From Myxococcales bacterium (lineage in GTDB: Bacteria > Myxococcota_A > UBA9042 > JABWCM01 > BTVJ01), in assembly GCA_045863395.1 (NCBI GenBank), contig BTVJ01000033.1:19552-83551 (forward strand): 64,000 nucleotides of DNA. Reading direction: 5' to 3'. The translations under genes and the position numbers were made by a program. Below are positions 53,315 through 63,950 of this stretch, one piece after another (position 1 is the stretch's first letter; every line of letters starts with the position of its first letter). A model generated the notes under the pieces. The model ran no database searches and was not told the DNA's origin. It was given only the letters and a program-made list of their open reading frames with translations.

Positions 53315-54115
53315 ATGACTGGGACGGATGGGCGCTGGTGCATCGTGATGGCGCCGCCGGACGCGCGGCCGCGGCTCCTGTGGGAGAGCGAGACGCTGCG
53401 CGGTCTGGGGCGGGCGAGACTCTTCGCTGCATCGAAGCGGACGCTGGTGGCAGCGACGTGTGACACGGTGCGCGACCCCTGTTGGCCTCGGGCCGTGACC
53501 CTTGCGGAGGCGTCGCCCGTCTGGTCGACGGGGCCCCTGGCCCTCCTCGCGACCCTGGACATCCTGCGCATGGCGCCGGACGCCTCCGTCGTGCTGCTTG
53601 GGCCCGAGCACCCGCCTGCAGACACTCTGCACTTCATGTCGCTGTTTCGCCGGGATGCCCAGTGGGTCGAGGAGCACCCCGATCAGCTCGTGGTGGTTGC
53701 GCAGCTCCACGAAGGGGCCCGCGCTTGGAGCGCGGCGATGTCGGACGGCTACGTCCCGCCAACCCTGGAGGAGATGGCCGAGCGGAGCTTCACCACCCTC
53801 GGCGTGGTGTACACCGTGGCGACGCTCCGGCGGCTCCTCGAGGTGTTCGCGCCCGCTTGGTGGGAGACGGCCAGTGAGGCGACGCGGTCGGGCGGGAGTG
53901 TGGCTCGCTGCTGCTCAGACCTCGAGCCCTTCTCGCTGGTCGACGACGTGCTCGCCCACGCGGCTGCGCAGGTCAGGGTTCGCCCCGTCCCGCCCGCGTT
54001 GGTGGAGCACGCCCCCGAGTGGCGCCTCCCCTGGCTGTCGAGCGGGACTCCCCTGCGGGCGCGCCCGCAGGCGAGCGCGAGCGGCGCGCCCTGCCAGTGG
54101 CCCGTCAGAGCGTAG
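53315..54115 (+). CDS. Hypothetical protein, possibly a degenerate sugar-phosphate nucleotidyltransferase (ManC-like)
   Basis: GGGAGG RBS; WCIVMA and STGPLALL...[12 protein letters not shown] resemble ManC landmarks but the LAGG motif is missing. Confidence 0.4.
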   Translation: MTGTDGRWCIVMAPPDARPRLLWESETLRGLGRARLFAASKRTLVAATCDTVRDPCWPRAVTLAEASPVWSTGPLALLATLDILRMAPDASVVLLGPEHPPADTLHFMSLFRRDAQWVEEHPDQLVVVAQLHEGARAWSAAMSDGYVPPTLEEMAERSFTTLGVVYTVATLRRLLEVFAPAWWETASEATRSGGSVARCCSDLEPFSLVDDVLAHAAAQVRVRPVPPALVEHAPEWRLPWLSSGTPLRARPQASASGAPCQWPVRA

Positions 54116-54746
54116 TCGTGCCCGTGGGGCAGCTCACCCCCGTCCCTCCAAGGCCGCAATAGCCGCCCGGGTTCTTGTGGAGGTACTGCTGGTGGGTGGT
54201 CTCCGCGAAGTAGAAGGGGGGCGCCTCGGCGATCTCCGTCGTCACCGTGCCGTATCCTGCCGCCCGGAGGCGCACCTGGAAGGCGTCGCGGGAGGCGACG
54301 GCTTGCCGGAGCTGCTCCTCCGTGGTGCAGTAGATCGCGGAGCGATACTGGGTACCCACGTCGTTGCCCTGGCGCATCCCCTGGGTCGGGTCATGACCCT
54401 CCCAGAAGAGGCGGAGCAAGCGCTCGTAGCTGACCTTCGCCGGGTCGAAGGCGACGCGCACGGCCTCCGTGTGGCCGGTCATCCCCGTGCACACCTCCCG
54501 GTAGGTCGGGTTCGGCGTGGACCCGCCTGCGTAGCCCACGGCCGTGGACACGACACCCGGAGTGGTCCAGAACAGGCGCTCCGCCCCCCAGAAGCACCCC
54601 ATGCCGAACATGGCGACCTCCAGGCCGGGCCCGGCCGCGTCGAGGGGCGACCCCAGCACGGCGTGGGCCGGCGGCAGGGGCAGCGGGTTGGGGCGGCCCG
54701 GCACCGTGGAGGCGCCAGGCTGCGGGGGCTTGCTCGATGGCCACAT
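54105..54746 (-). CDS. msrA: Peptide-methionine (S)-S-oxide reductase
   Basis: [42 protein letters not shown]. Confidence 0.96.
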   Translation of the reverse strand: MWPSSKPPQPGASTVPGRPNPLPLPPAHAVLGSPLDAAGPGLEVAMFGMGCFWGAERLFWTTPGVVSTAVGYAGGSTPNPTYREVCTGMTGHTEAVRVAFDPAKVSYERLLRLFWEGHDPTQGMRQGNDVGTQYRSAIYCTTEEQLRQAVASRDAFQVRLRAAGYGTVTTEIAEAPPFYFAETTHQQYLHKNPGGYCGLGGTGVSCPTGTTTL

Positions 54747-54861
54747 CTGGGACCTCCTTGGTGCGCATTCGGCGGAAACCTAGCGGCCTCTTGAAGCTGA
54801 TGCAAGCAGCGTTCTTGGGCGGGGCCGGCACACTCTGGTAGTCTCGCCGGGGAGGTGCCGC

Positions 54862-55176
54862 ATGGGTGAGCCGTTCGAAGACGCCGTGGACCCCGAGGAC
54901 GTCGCAGACGTGCTGGCGCTGATCGCTGAGCCGCCCAACCTGCGACAAGCCCCGAAGCCGTACGATCTCGCGGGCCCCTTCGACGAGTGGTTCGACGGCG
55001 GCGCCGTGCGTCACGGGGACGGCTACTCGGAGTTCGTGCTGGAGGACGGCGTCATCGCCACGGTCGAGGACACGGACGTGCTCAGCGTGATCATCCGCTT
55101 CGGCAGCCGCACGGTCCTCGTGCGCCAGGTCACCGACGAGGACCTCGTAGAGGACGACGAGGAGGACGAGGGCTGA
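54862..55176 (+). CDS. Small acidic hypothetical protein
   Basis: GGAGG RBS; GC3-rich codons. Confidence 0.55.
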   Translation: MGEPFEDAVDPEDVADVLALIAEPPNLRQAPKPYDLAGPFDEWFDGGAVRHGDGYSEFVLEDGVIATVEDTDVLSVIIRFGSRTVLVRQVTDEDLVEDDEEDEG

Positions 55177-55333
55177 CTCGGCGAGACTCCCAGGAGCCGC
55201 CGAGCGGTGATCATGGTCTCTGCGGCAGCGCAGGAAGGATTCTGCGGTAGACAAAGTGATGGAGGCGGGTTCATGCTGCCCCGCAGCTCGTGAGGACACC
55301 CAATTCGGAGCGCCCGGTGGGCGAGGAGGACAC

Positions 55334-56419
55334 ATGAAGGGATTGTTGCGCTTGTCTGGGATGCTCGGCCTGGCCGTCGGGCTCGTGGCGTGGGGGGCCG
55401 CTCCGGCAGCCGCGCTGGTGGCGCCGTGCGAGGTGGACGCGGACTGCCTCGACGGCGAGGAGTGCGTCGATGGCTACTGCATGCCTGCGGACATGACCTG
55501 CGAGTCCGATGCGGACTGCGGCGCTGACGGCTGGTGCCTCGAGGGCTACTGCACGGAGGCCGACCCCATAAGCTGCTCCACTGACGCGGACTGCGGTGAT
55601 GGCGGTACGTGCATGGAGGGCGGGTGGTGCTCCTACGAGGGCAACGAGTGCACTACGGACGCGGACTGCGGCGACGGCGAGTACTGCATGGAGGGGTGGT
55701 GCTACTGGGACACGATGGAGTGCACGACCGACGAGGACTGCCCCGACGGCTGGTGCGCCGAGGACGGCTACTGCGACTGGAAGTGGGAGGACGAGTGCGC
55801 CACCGACGCCGACTGCGGGGACGGCTGGTGCGGCGAGGACGGGTTCTGTGAGTACGGCGTGGAGTGCAGCTCCGACGCCGACTGCGAGGACGGCTCCACC
55901 TGCGGCGAGGACGGCTACTGCTGGTACGAGGATCTGCTGTGTACGGCGGACTCGGACTGCCCCGATGGCGGGACCTGCGGCGAGGATGGCTACTGCATGT
56001 GGGAGATCGGCGTCGAGCCGTGCACCGAAGATGCGGACTGCGGTGGGGACGGTACCTGCACGGACGGGGAGTGCACCTGGCCGGGCGGCGGCTCGGGCGG
56101 CGGTGACGGCGGCGGCTCGGGCGGCGGTGACGGCGGCGGCTCGGGCGGCGGCGGCTCCGGCGGTGAGGGCGGCGGCTCCGGCGGTGAGGGCGGCGGCTCC
56201 GGCGGTGAGGGCGGCGGTGAGGGCGGCGGCGACGGGAAGGGCGTCGGCGGCTCCGGCACGGGCGGCTCCGGCACGGGCGGCACCGGCAGCACCGACGGAA
56301 CCGACGACACCAAGGTGGCCTGCTCCGCCTCGGGCAGCTCCGTTCCCTCGGCTCCCCTGGCGCTTCTCTTCGTGGTGCTCGCTGCTCTCGTGACGCTGCG
56401 CAAGCGGACCCACGGCTGA
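55334..56419 (+). CDS. Secreted acidic Cys-repeat protein with a Gly-rich linker and MYXO-CTERM-like anchor
   Basis: GAGGAGG RBS; signal peptide; about 9 C..DADC...C..GYC repeats; ACS...hydrophobic...RKR tail. Confidence 0.8.
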   Translation: MKGLLRLSGMLGLAVGLVAWGAAPAAALVAPCEVDADCLDGEECVDGYCMPADMTCESDADCGADGWCLEGYCTEADPISCSTDADCGDGGTCMEGGWCSYEGNECTTDADCGDGEYCMEGWCYWDTMECTTDEDCPDGWCAEDGYCDWKWEDECATDADCGDGWCGEDGFCEYGVECSSDADCEDGSTCGEDGYCWYEDLLCTADSDCPDGGTCGEDGYCMWEIGVEPCTEDADCGGDGTCTDGECTWPGGGSGGGDGGGSGGGDGGGSGGGGSGGEGGGSGGEGGGSGGEGGGEGGGDGKGVGGSGTGGSGTGGTGSTDGTDDTKVACSASGSSVPSAPLALLFVVLAALVTLRKRTHG

Positions 56420-56428
56420 CAGCCTGCG

Positions 56429-56456
56429 CGGGCGCGGTCTTCCAGGGCCGCGCCCG
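56429..56456. terminator. GC-rich hairpin between convergent genes
   Basis: CGGGCGCGGT pairs with GCCGCGCCCG; no U-tract. Confidence 0.35.
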
Positions 56457-56505
56457 TACCCGCCTCCAGCCTCCCCGGTTTCCTCCCCCTGCTCCAGAGT
56501 CCGTG

Positions 56506-58884
56506 TCAGGCGGCGGGCGCGGCCCCCGGTCCCCGGTCGTCGACGACGGGCGCCGACCGCGGCCGAAGCCCCGGGATGGCCGACGCGAGCAGCTCCTCCA
56601 CGTTGTCGAAGGTCTCGAACGCGAGGGTCTGCTTGACCTCTGGGGGCAGGTCTTCCAGGTCCTTGGCGTTCTCCCGCGGCAGCAGCACCCGCTTCATGCC
56701 GGCGCGATGCGCAGCGAGGACCTTCTCTTTGATGCCCCCTACCGGCATGACGAGCCCCGTGAGCGTGATCTCTCCCGTCATGGCGGTGTCGCTCCGAGCG
56801 GTGAGGCCGGTCAGCAGCGACGTGATGGCCGTCACCATTGTCACACCGGCAGACGGACCGTCCTTTGGAGTGGCCCCCGCGGGCACGTGCAGGTGGATCC
56901 CTGTCGTGAGCCGCTTCGGATCCACGCCCAGCTCCGCGCACTGCGCCCAGACCCAGCTCCGTGCCGTCCTGGCCGACTCCTGCATGACGGTGCCCAGGTG
57001 CCCGGTCAGGGTCAGCTCCGTGCTGCCCGGCAGCAGCACGGCCTCCACGTAGATCACGTCGCCGCCTGCCTCGGTCCACGCCAGGCCGGGCGCCACGCCG
57101 GGCTGGAGGTTGCGCCGCGCCCCCTCCGCGAAGAACTTCTCGGCGCCCAGCAGCTCCCGCAGGTCCCCGGCCTCAACCGTCACCGGCTCCCGATCCCCCT
57201 CCGCGACCCGGATGGCCACCTTGCGAGCGATGCGCCCGAGCGCCCGCTCCAGCTCCCGGACCCCCGCCTCCCGCGTGTACCGCCTCACGATGCGGTCGAG
57301 CGCCGGGTCCTCCACGGCCAGGAGCTCCGGGCTGAGCCCCGCCTGCTCGATCTGCCTCGGGAGCAGGTAGCGGCGCGCGATGGCCTGCTTCTCCACGTCG
57401 GTGTACCCGGAGAGGTGCATGACCTCCATGCGGTCGAGCACCGGCCGGGGCACCGGATCCAGGCTGTTTGCGGTCGTGATGAAGAAGACGCGCGAGAGAT
57501 CGAAGGGCACGTCCAGGTAGTTGTCGTGAAACTCCACGTTCTGGGCCGGATCCAGGATCTCCATCAGGGCGCCCGCGGGATCGCCACGGAAGTCCCGCCC
57601 GAGCTTGTCGATCTCGTCGAGCATCAAGAGCGGGTTGTTCACCGCCGCTCGCCGCATGGCCCGGATGATGCGCCCCGGCATGGCGCCGATGTAGGTGCGC
57701 CGGTGCCCCCGCAGCTCGGACTCGTCGTGCATGCCGCCGAGGCTCATGCGCTCGAACTTGCGCCCCAGGGCCCGGGCGATGGACTGCCCGAGCGACGTCT
57801 TGCCCACCCCCGGCGGCCCCACGAAGCACAGGATGGGCGCCTTCGCCTTGGGGTTGAGCTTCATGACCGCCAGGTGCTCGATGATGCGCGACTTGATGTC
57901 GAGGAGGTCGTGGTGGTCCTCGTCCAGGATGCGCCGCGCCCGCGCCAGGTCGAGGTTGTCCTTGGTGCCCCGCGTCCACGGGAGCGCGACCACCAGCTCC
58001 ACCCACGTCCGCGCGACGTGGTGATCCGGCGAGGAGGAGGGCGTGCGCTCGAGCCGCGACAGCTCCCGGTCCACCTCGCTGCGCACCGCGTCGGGCAGGC
58101 CGGCGCGCCGCGCCTGCTCCCGCAGCTTGCCGAGGTCATCGCCCTCGTCGCTGGTCTTGCTGCCCAGCTCCTTCTGAATCGCCTTGAGCTGGTGGCGCAG
58201 CACGTGCTCGCGCTGCTCTCGGCCAATCTCGCTCTCCGCCTCCTTGGCGATCTTGGCGCGGATCTCCAGGATCTCCACCTCGTGCTTGAGCCGGTCGTGG
58301 ACCAGCCGCAGCGCCTCCCGCCGCGTGGGCATGGACAGGAGCTCCATCTCCTGCTCGGGCTCCATGGCCAGCAGCGAGGCCACGAGGTACGCCTGCTGCA
58401 GCGCCTCCCGCGGCTCGGCGAGCATCTGCTGGAGGTTCGCCTTGACCTGTGGCGGGACGAGATCGGCGAGGCGCTCCGCCAGCTCCGTGATGGAGCGGTG
58501 GACGGCCTCGGTCTCCACGTCGTGGTCCCGCGGCTCGGGGATGCGCACCACCCGCACCGCCAGGTAGGGGTGCTCGTGGACCACCTCGGCGATGCCCACC
58601 CGCTGGAGCCCCTGCACGACCACGTGCACCGTGTCCTCCAGGCGCGCCATGGTGCGGATGGTCGCCAGGGTGCCCACCTCGTACAGGTCGTCCACGCCAG
58701 GCTCCTCCAAGGAGGGGTCGCGCTGCGTGAACACGGCGATCAGCTTCTCGCCCGTCGCCAGCGCCACGTCGATGCCGGCGAGCGTCGCCGGGCGGCCGGC
58801 CAGGAGCGGCTTCATGAGGTGCGGGAAGAGCACCGCGTTCTTCAGCGGGAGCACCGGAACGACGGTGTTGTCGGGATCCATCAT
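56506..58884 (-). CDS. lon: ATP-dependent Lon protease
   Basis: LPLKNAVLFP, GPPGVGKTS, LDEIDK, PKDGPSAG, GGIKEK. Confidence 0.96.
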   Translation of the reverse strand: MMDPDNTVVPVLPLKNAVLFPHLMKPLLAGRPATLAGIDVALATGEKLIAVFTQRDPSLEEPGVDDLYEVGTLATIRTMARLEDTVHVVVQGLQRVGIAEVVHEHPYLAVRVVRIPEPRDHDVETEAVHRSITELAERLADLVPPQVKANLQQMLAEPREALQQAYLVASLLAMEPEQEMELLSMPTRREALRLVHDRLKHEVEILEIRAKIAKEAESEIGREQREHVLRHQLKAIQKELGSKTSDEGDDLGKLREQARRAGLPDAVRSEVDRELSRLERTPSSSPDHHVARTWVELVVALPWTRGTKDNLDLARARRILDEDHHDLLDIKSRIIEHLAVMKLNPKAKAPILCFVGPPGVGKTSLGQSIARALGRKFERMSLGGMHDESELRGHRRTYIGAMPGRIIRAMRRAAVNNPLLMLDEIDKLGRDFRGDPAGALMEILDPAQNVEFHDNYLDVPFDLSRVFFITTANSLDPVPRPVLDRMEVMHLSGYTDVEKQAIARRYLLPRQIEQAGLSPELLAVEDPALDRIVRRYTREAGVRELERALGRIARKVAIRVAEGDREPVTVEAGDLRELLGAEKFFAEGARRNLQPGVAPGLAWTEAGGDVIYVEAVLLPGSTELTLTGHLGTVMQESARTARSWVWAQCAELGVDPKRLTTGIHLHVPAGATPKDGPSAGVTMVTAITSLLTGLTARSDTAMTGEITLTGLVMPVGGIKEKVLAAHRAGMKRVLLPRENAKDLEDLPPEVKQTLAFETFDNVEELLASAIPGLRPRSAPVVDDRGPGAAPAA

Positions 58885-59005
58885 GCGGTCTGCCTCTCTC
58901 TCGGGGTTGCCCGCCGAGTCTCCCCCGGCGCAGGCGCCAGCCCTCATGATGGCCGCGGGCGGCCTCCGGCGCAAGCGTGGCGGTCCCCCCTGAGGTGTCG
59001 CGGTG

Positions 59006-60160
59006 TCAGGGGGCGAGGGCGCTCCGGAGGTCGTCGAGCAGGTCGTCCCTGTGCTCGATGCCCACGCTCAGCCGCACCAACCCGTCCACGATGCCCAGGG
59101 CCTCGCGCTGCTCGCGGGGGATGCTGGCGTGGGTCATGATCGCCGGGTGGTCCGCCAGGGACTCGACGCCGCCCAGAGACTCGGCGCACGCGAAGATGCG
59201 GAGCCGCTCCATGAAGCGCCGCGCCTCGGGCAGACCCGCAAGAACAAAGGTCACGATGCCCCCGAAGCCCCGCCCCTGGCGCCGCGCGAGGGCGTGCTGC
59301 GGGTGGGACTCCAGGCCCGGCCAGATGACCCGCTGCACGGCGGGGTGAGAGGCGAGGAGCTGTGCGACGGCGCGGGCGTTCTCCTCGTGGCGATCCATGC
59401 GCACGTGCAGCGTCTTGCAGCCGCGCAGCGTGAGGAAGCAGTCCATGGGCCCCGGCGTGGCGCCGACGGCGTTCTGCAGGTAGGCCAGCCGCTGGTGGAG
59501 CGCGGCGTCGTTCGTGATCACCGCGCCGCCGACCACGTCGCTGTGCCCTCCGAGGTACTTGGTCGTCGAGTGCACCACGAGATCGGCCCCCAGCTCCAGG
59601 GGGCGCTGGAGGTAGGGGGTCATGAAGGTGTTGTCCACGATGAGCATGAGGCCGCGGGCTCGGCACCGCTCGGCAATGGCGGCGATGTCCACCAGCTTGA
59701 GCAGAGGGTTGGTCGGAGACTCGATCCAGACCGCCTTCGTCGAAGGGGTGACCGCGCCATCGAGGGCCGCCGGGTCCACCAGGTCGACGAAGGAGTAGGT
59801 CAGCGCGTGCCGCGTGAAGACGTTGTTGAACAGGCGGTAGGTTCCCCCATACAGGTCGTCGCCGCACAGGATGTGATCGCCCGCGTCGAACAGGTGCATG
59901 ACCGTCGCCGCCGCCGCGCACCCGGAGGCGAAGGCGAGGCCGTGGGCCCCGCCCTCCAGGGAGGCCAGGCACCCCTCCAGCGCCGTGCGGGTCGGGTTGC
60001 CCGTCCGCGAGTACTCGTAGCCCTTGTGGACACCGGGGCTCTCCTGCACGTAGGTGCTCGTCAGGTAGACCGGGGTCATGATGGCGCCCGTCGACGGATC
60101 GGGCCGCTGGCCCCCGTGGATGGCGAGGGTCTCGATGTGGCTCGACTTGGGTGAGGTCAT
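59006..60160 (-). CDS. Cystathionine gamma-lyase/gamma-synthase (Cys/Met PLP enzyme)
   Basis: YEYSRTGNPTR, ESPTNP, DNTF, HSTTKYLGGHSD, AESLGGVESL, RLSVGIE. Confidence 0.93.
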   Translation of the reverse strand: MTSPKSSHIETLAIHGGQRPDPSTGAIMTPVYLTSTYVQESPGVHKGYEYSRTGNPTRTALEGCLASLEGGAHGLAFASGCAAAATVMHLFDAGDHILCGDDLYGGTYRLFNNVFTRHALTYSFVDLVDPAALDGAVTPSTKAVWIESPTNPLLKLVDIAAIAERCRARGLMLIVDNTFMTPYLQRPLELGADLVVHSTTKYLGGHSDVVGGAVITNDAALHQRLAYLQNAVGATPGPMDCFLTLRGCKTLHVRMDRHEENARAVAQLLASHPAVQRVIWPGLESHPQHALARRQGRGFGGIVTFVLAGLPEARRFMERLRIFACAESLGGVESLADHPAIMTHASIPREQREALGIVDGLVRLSVGIEHRDDLLDDLRSALAP

Positions 60161-60492
60161 CGGGGGGTCTCTCTCAGTTGGCGGCGCAGCTCAAGGTAGC
60201 TCTTGAGCAGCGCCTTGTCGCGGTCCGTCGGGTTGACGAACTTGATGCCCATGTCGCAGGGGTGATCGGCGTTGGCCCACACCACCTCACCCTCGATGTC
60301 GAGCGTGCGGTGCAGGTCCGGGAAGTTGATGGACAGGTTGATGCGCGTCCCCACCGGCTCCACGTTCGGCGACTGGATGCACATGCCGCCGAGGCTCAGG
60401 TTCTCGATGTGGTGGTAGAGCAGCACGTCGCTGGCGGCCACGTCCACCAGCGCGTCGGTCTCGATGCGTGGCTGGCGCCTCTCCTGGTCCAT
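60157..60492 (-). CDS. PilZ-domain protein
   Basis: ERRQPR (RxxxR) and NLSLGG; GEVVW; GGAGG RBS; ATGA overlap with the next gene. Confidence 0.88.
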   Translation of the reverse strand: MDQERRQPRIETDALVDVAASDVLLYHHIENLSLGGMCIQSPNVEPVGTRINLSINFPDLHRTLDIEGEVVWANADHPCDMGIKFVNPTDRDKALLKSYLELRRQLRETPR

Positions 60493-60577
60493 GTGGGTTC
60501 CTCCAGCGTCCGTTCGCGCGGGCAATGTCCGCTGCCACAGTTAGCACAGCGCCGCCTTGGGGCGCAACGGCGCGAGG

Positions 60578-62626
60578 TCACCGCAGCACCCTCGCCGTCC
60601 ACGTCGCGAGGACGTGCTGGAGCTCGGCCGACACCTCGGGCACGGCGTCGAACACGCTGACCCGCTCGCTCGGGTCTCGGGCGAGGTCGAACAGCTCGAA
60701 GGTGTGCATGGGCACGTAGTAGATGAGCTTCCAGGGCCAGATGAGCACCATGCGTTGGAGGCCCGTGTCCTCGTCGACCTCGGCGAAGACCGGTGGAGGG
60801 CGATCCCCGGCCAGAGGGGCGGCGACGAGGGCCGCGAAGGACGCCCCCTGGGAGTGGGCCGGGGGAGGAGCGCCCAGCAGGTCCGCCAGGGTGTCGGACA
60901 GGTCCTGGAGGCCGACGGGGGTCTCTCGGATCTGTGCGTGCGGTACTCCTGGGCCGGTGATGACCAGCGGCACGCGGAGCTGCTCGTCGTACAGCGCCGA
61001 CGCATGGTAGTGCAGCCCGTGGTCCCCGAAGGACTCGCCGTGGTCGCCGGTCAGCACGACGAGCGCCTCGTCGAGGGCGCCGCTCGACTCCAGGGCGTCG
61101 ATGAGGCGCCCGAGGTGGGCGTCGGTGAAGCGCACCTCGGCGTCGTAGCGCTGCTCCGTCCCGCCGGGCGCATCGGGTGGGAACTCCGGGTGCTCCAGGT
61201 AGGGCTCGTGCGGGTCGTAGAAGTGGGCCCAGAGGAACAGGGGGCCCTCTCTGGGGGCGCGGAGGAGCGCGATGGCTCTGTCCGCCGTCTGGTGCGCAGA
61301 CCGGGAGTGGACCACGACCTTCGGGTCGCCGCTCTCGGTCCAGACCCGGTGGAAGCCTCGGACCAGGCCGTGCTCGGGCGCGAAGATGTGGTGGAAGGCG
61401 AGGCCCTCGACGCGGTAGCCGCGCTCGCTCAGCATCTCCGCCAGGGTCTGGCTGCGGTCGGGGGTGGGCACGTCCCACTTGATCCAGCGCTCGGTGCGGA
61501 TGGCGGAGGGGGCCCGCCCGGTCATCGCCGCGAACCAGGACAGGATGGTGGAGGGGTAGGCCGCGTAGGTGCGGCGAAACGTCACCCCTCGGGCAGCGAG
61601 GCGGCGCACGGACTCCATGCGATGGCTCCGGTCCTCTCGCAGGGCGTCCACCGTGATCAGGATCAGGCTGCGACCCTGTGCCGGGCGGGCGCCGGGCGGG
61701 AGCGCCTGGCTTCGGCTGGAGGCGAGCGCGGCAATTGCAGCCTCGGTGGCGTCCCCGGCCACGCAGTCCTGGTCGATGCCGTCATCGGGGATGTCCGTCG
61801 CGCCCGGGTGGACACCCGCGTCCAGGTCGTCACAGTCCACGCCGAACAGGGACGAGGCGCCGTCCTGGTCCAGGTCGGCGATGACGCCGAGGACGTCGGC
61901 GGCGTGGGTCGTGGCGACGGTGCGACCGAGCAGGGCCAGCCGCACGCCCTGGCCGAGCTCGCCCCGAAGTACGATGAACGCTTCGAGCCACAGCAGCAGA
62001 GCGACGACCGTAGCGACCGCCGCGACGCGGGGTACGCGGGCGCTTGGGAGCAGGTGCGCGACCGCAGCGGCCGCCGCGGCGACGGACACGAGGGCCAGCG
62101 AGGCGTGCTGCGCCCGGTAGAGGCCCGGGAGGACGAGCAGGTTCGCCGTCCAGGTGGCCGCTGCTACGAGCGCGAGCCCTGCCGCGGCGACGCGCTCGGT
62201 GGACCTGCTCCACGGTCTGAGCGCCGTGGACGCCGCCCCTCCGAGGGTCGCGACGGTCAGCAGACCGAGCCCGCCCCAGTACAGGGAGGGGGAGGTGGCG
62301 CGCAGGCCGGCGTTCAGCGCCCAGAGCGGGGCGAGCAGCGCAGCGGCCGCCGTGGCCCGGGTGAGGGGCGGAGGAGCCCCGGAGCGGGTGGCGACGACCA
62401 TGAGCAAGCCGAGCGTAGCACCGGCGGCTCCGGCGAGAGCGGTCAGGACAGCGGACGCCCCGAGCCACAGCAGCAGGTCATCGGCCACGCTGAAGAGTGG
62501 GGCGGGCAGGGCCCCGCGCGCGACGAGAAGGTCCGCGACCCCATGGGCGAAGCCGGCGAGGAGGCCCGCCGCCCACCAGGTCCTCACCGTCTCGAACCCG
62601 GGCCTGCGCTCCACGTTGCCTCGCAT
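60578..62626 (-). CDS. Membrane-anchored sulfatase/alkaline-phosphatase superfamily protein with a putative metal-binding motif
   Basis: N-terminal TM helices; DCDDLDAGVHPGATDIPDDGIDQDC; ITVDALR, HFYDPHEPY, GDHGE, VPL. Confidence 0.8.
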   Translation of the reverse strand: MRGNVERRPGFETVRTWWAAGLLAGFAHGVADLLVARGALPAPLFSVADDLLLWLGASAVLTALAGAAGATLGLLMVVATRSGAPPPLTRATAAAALLAPLWALNAGLRATSPSLYWGGLGLLTVATLGGAASTALRPWSRSTERVAAAGLALVAAATWTANLLVLPGLYRAQHASLALVSVAAAAAAVAHLLPSARVPRVAAVATVVALLLWLEAFIVLRGELGQGVRLALLGRTVATTHAADVLGVIADLDQDGASSLFGVDCDDLDAGVHPGATDIPDDGIDQDCVAGDATEAAIAALASSRSQALPPGARPAQGRSLILITVDALREDRSHRMESVRRLAARGVTFRRTYAAYPSTILSWFAAMTGRAPSAIRTERWIKWDVPTPDRSQTLAEMLSERGYRVEGLAFHHIFAPEHGLVRGFHRVWTESGDPKVVVHSRSAHQTADRAIALLRAPREGPLFLWAHFYDPHEPYLEHPEFPPDAPGGTEQRYDAEVRFTDAHLGRLIDALESSGALDEALVVLTGDHGESFGDHGLHYHASALYDEQLRVPLVITGPGVPHAQIRETPVGLQDLSDTLADLLGAPPPAHSQGASFAALVAAPLAGDRPPPVFAEVDEDTGLQRMVLIWPWKLIYYVPMHTFELFDLARDPSERVSVFDAVPEVSAELQHVLATWTARVLR

Positions 62627-63287
62627 CGGTCGCGCATTATGCCGGGCGCTGCGGGGAGTCGGCAAGGGCCGCGTCGGGGCACAGCCGGCCCGTCGCAACG
62701 TCGCCGCCCATGGTCATCGTGGGGTACGACGCGATGGACACCTGCGTCACGCCGTCCCCGTGCCCGGCGGTCCCGTGGGCCATCACCACCGCCACGCTCA
62801 GGGTCGTGCTGCTCGAAGGGCGCCGCACGCGGACCGGGGCCCTGAGCGAGTGGTTCCGGCGATGTTCCACAAAGCGCCCGGGCGCGGTGTCGGGGGTGGG
62901 GCGCTCCTACTCCGCTCTCCCTGGACAGGCGGCCCCTCCGCTCAGACGCCGAGCCGTGGTTCGCACCGTCTCTCCGATGTTCTCACCTGGCAGCTCGGAG
63001 GCGCCAGGCCCTCTCCCGGCGTCCGCACCGCGGCCGATCACGCAGCTCTGCGGCCCTCGGAACCATTCCGTGGCCGAAACCCCGACCGAGGCCCCCTTGC
63101 GGCCGGGGGCCAGGGGCTCTCCGGGGGGGGCTCCAGGTTCCTGTGCTCGCTTCGACAGTTTTGACCCCGTCACTGGAGACTGCCTTGGACCAGACTGCCC
63201 CAGGGGCGCCAGCCTCGGAGGCAATCTGGGCGGAGGCAATCCGGGCGGGGGCCTTCGGCAGCATCGGGTGTCAGTACGAAGCGCGTG

Positions 63288-63695
63288 TCAGCCCCAAACT
63301 CGGTGCCTCGATTCGAGCGCGCCTTCAGACACGCGGCGAAAATGAGTCTTCCGCTGGTGGAACCACCGGAGCGCGGAACCTTCTAGACATGTCGCTGGGA
63401 GTGTACGCGCGCCACCCCTCCACAGATGAACGCCTCCGGTCACCTGAGTCGAAGAAGCGACCCACCCGTCCCAGGCAACTGAGCGGACCGAGAGCATGTC
63501 GTGCGCCTCGACGTGCCGAACGTCCTTCACGTTGAGGGTGAGGACCGCCGTTGTGCGTCCAGGCGCGAGGACGAGCTCCACCTCAAGATCATCGGGCTCG
63601 TACAGTTCAACAACGGCCCCAACGTCACCGCGACAAAGCCCGTCAGGGCTGATGTCGCGCTGCAACACAACAACATCGAGGATCTTGTAGTTCAT
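63288..63695 (-). CDS. DUF4926-like protein (about 75-aa domain; ORF runs on into probably non-homologous sequence)
   Basis: LDVVVLQRDI...GLCRGDVGAVVELY...EVE...GRT.AV.TL. Confidence 0.7.
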   Translation of the reverse strand: MNYKILDVVVLQRDISPDGLCRGDVGAVVELYEPDDLEVELVLAPGRTTAVLTLNVKDVRHVEAHDMLSVRSVAWDGWVASSTQVTGGVHLWRGGARTLPATCLEGSALRWFHQRKTHFRRVSEGALESRHRVWG

Positions 63696-63950
63696 GGCTC
63701 CGCTCCAGGGAACGCCGTCACGAACCGCGGCGCCTCCTCGTTGTTCCGGACGATCCAGATGGCAACCAAGGTCGCCTCCCTACCGCCCGGCCCTGTGATG
63801 GCACCCTCGACCCGGTACTTCTGTCCATAACCGGTCGACTGGTCCGGCACGGCGTCATGCTCTTGAAGGTGTGAAAGTATATCCTCCGCGAGAAGCGGCC
63901 AGTGCTCCTGGGTCTAGCCAAGGGCATGAAAGAACGCCGCTTTGAAGTGT
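63692..63950 (-). pseudogene. DUF6883-like gene remnant with an in-frame TAG
   Basis: FKAAFFHALG*TQEHW...YGQKYRVEGAITGPGG...WIV...PRFVTAFP; TAG at 63914-63916; stop overlaps the DUF4926 ATG; N-terminus not recognisable. Confidence 0.7.

Noticed and set aside
62640..63290. Genes or ncRNA in this gap
   Set aside because: Only short ORFs without motifs or host-like codon bias and a 15-bp duplication; nothing supportable
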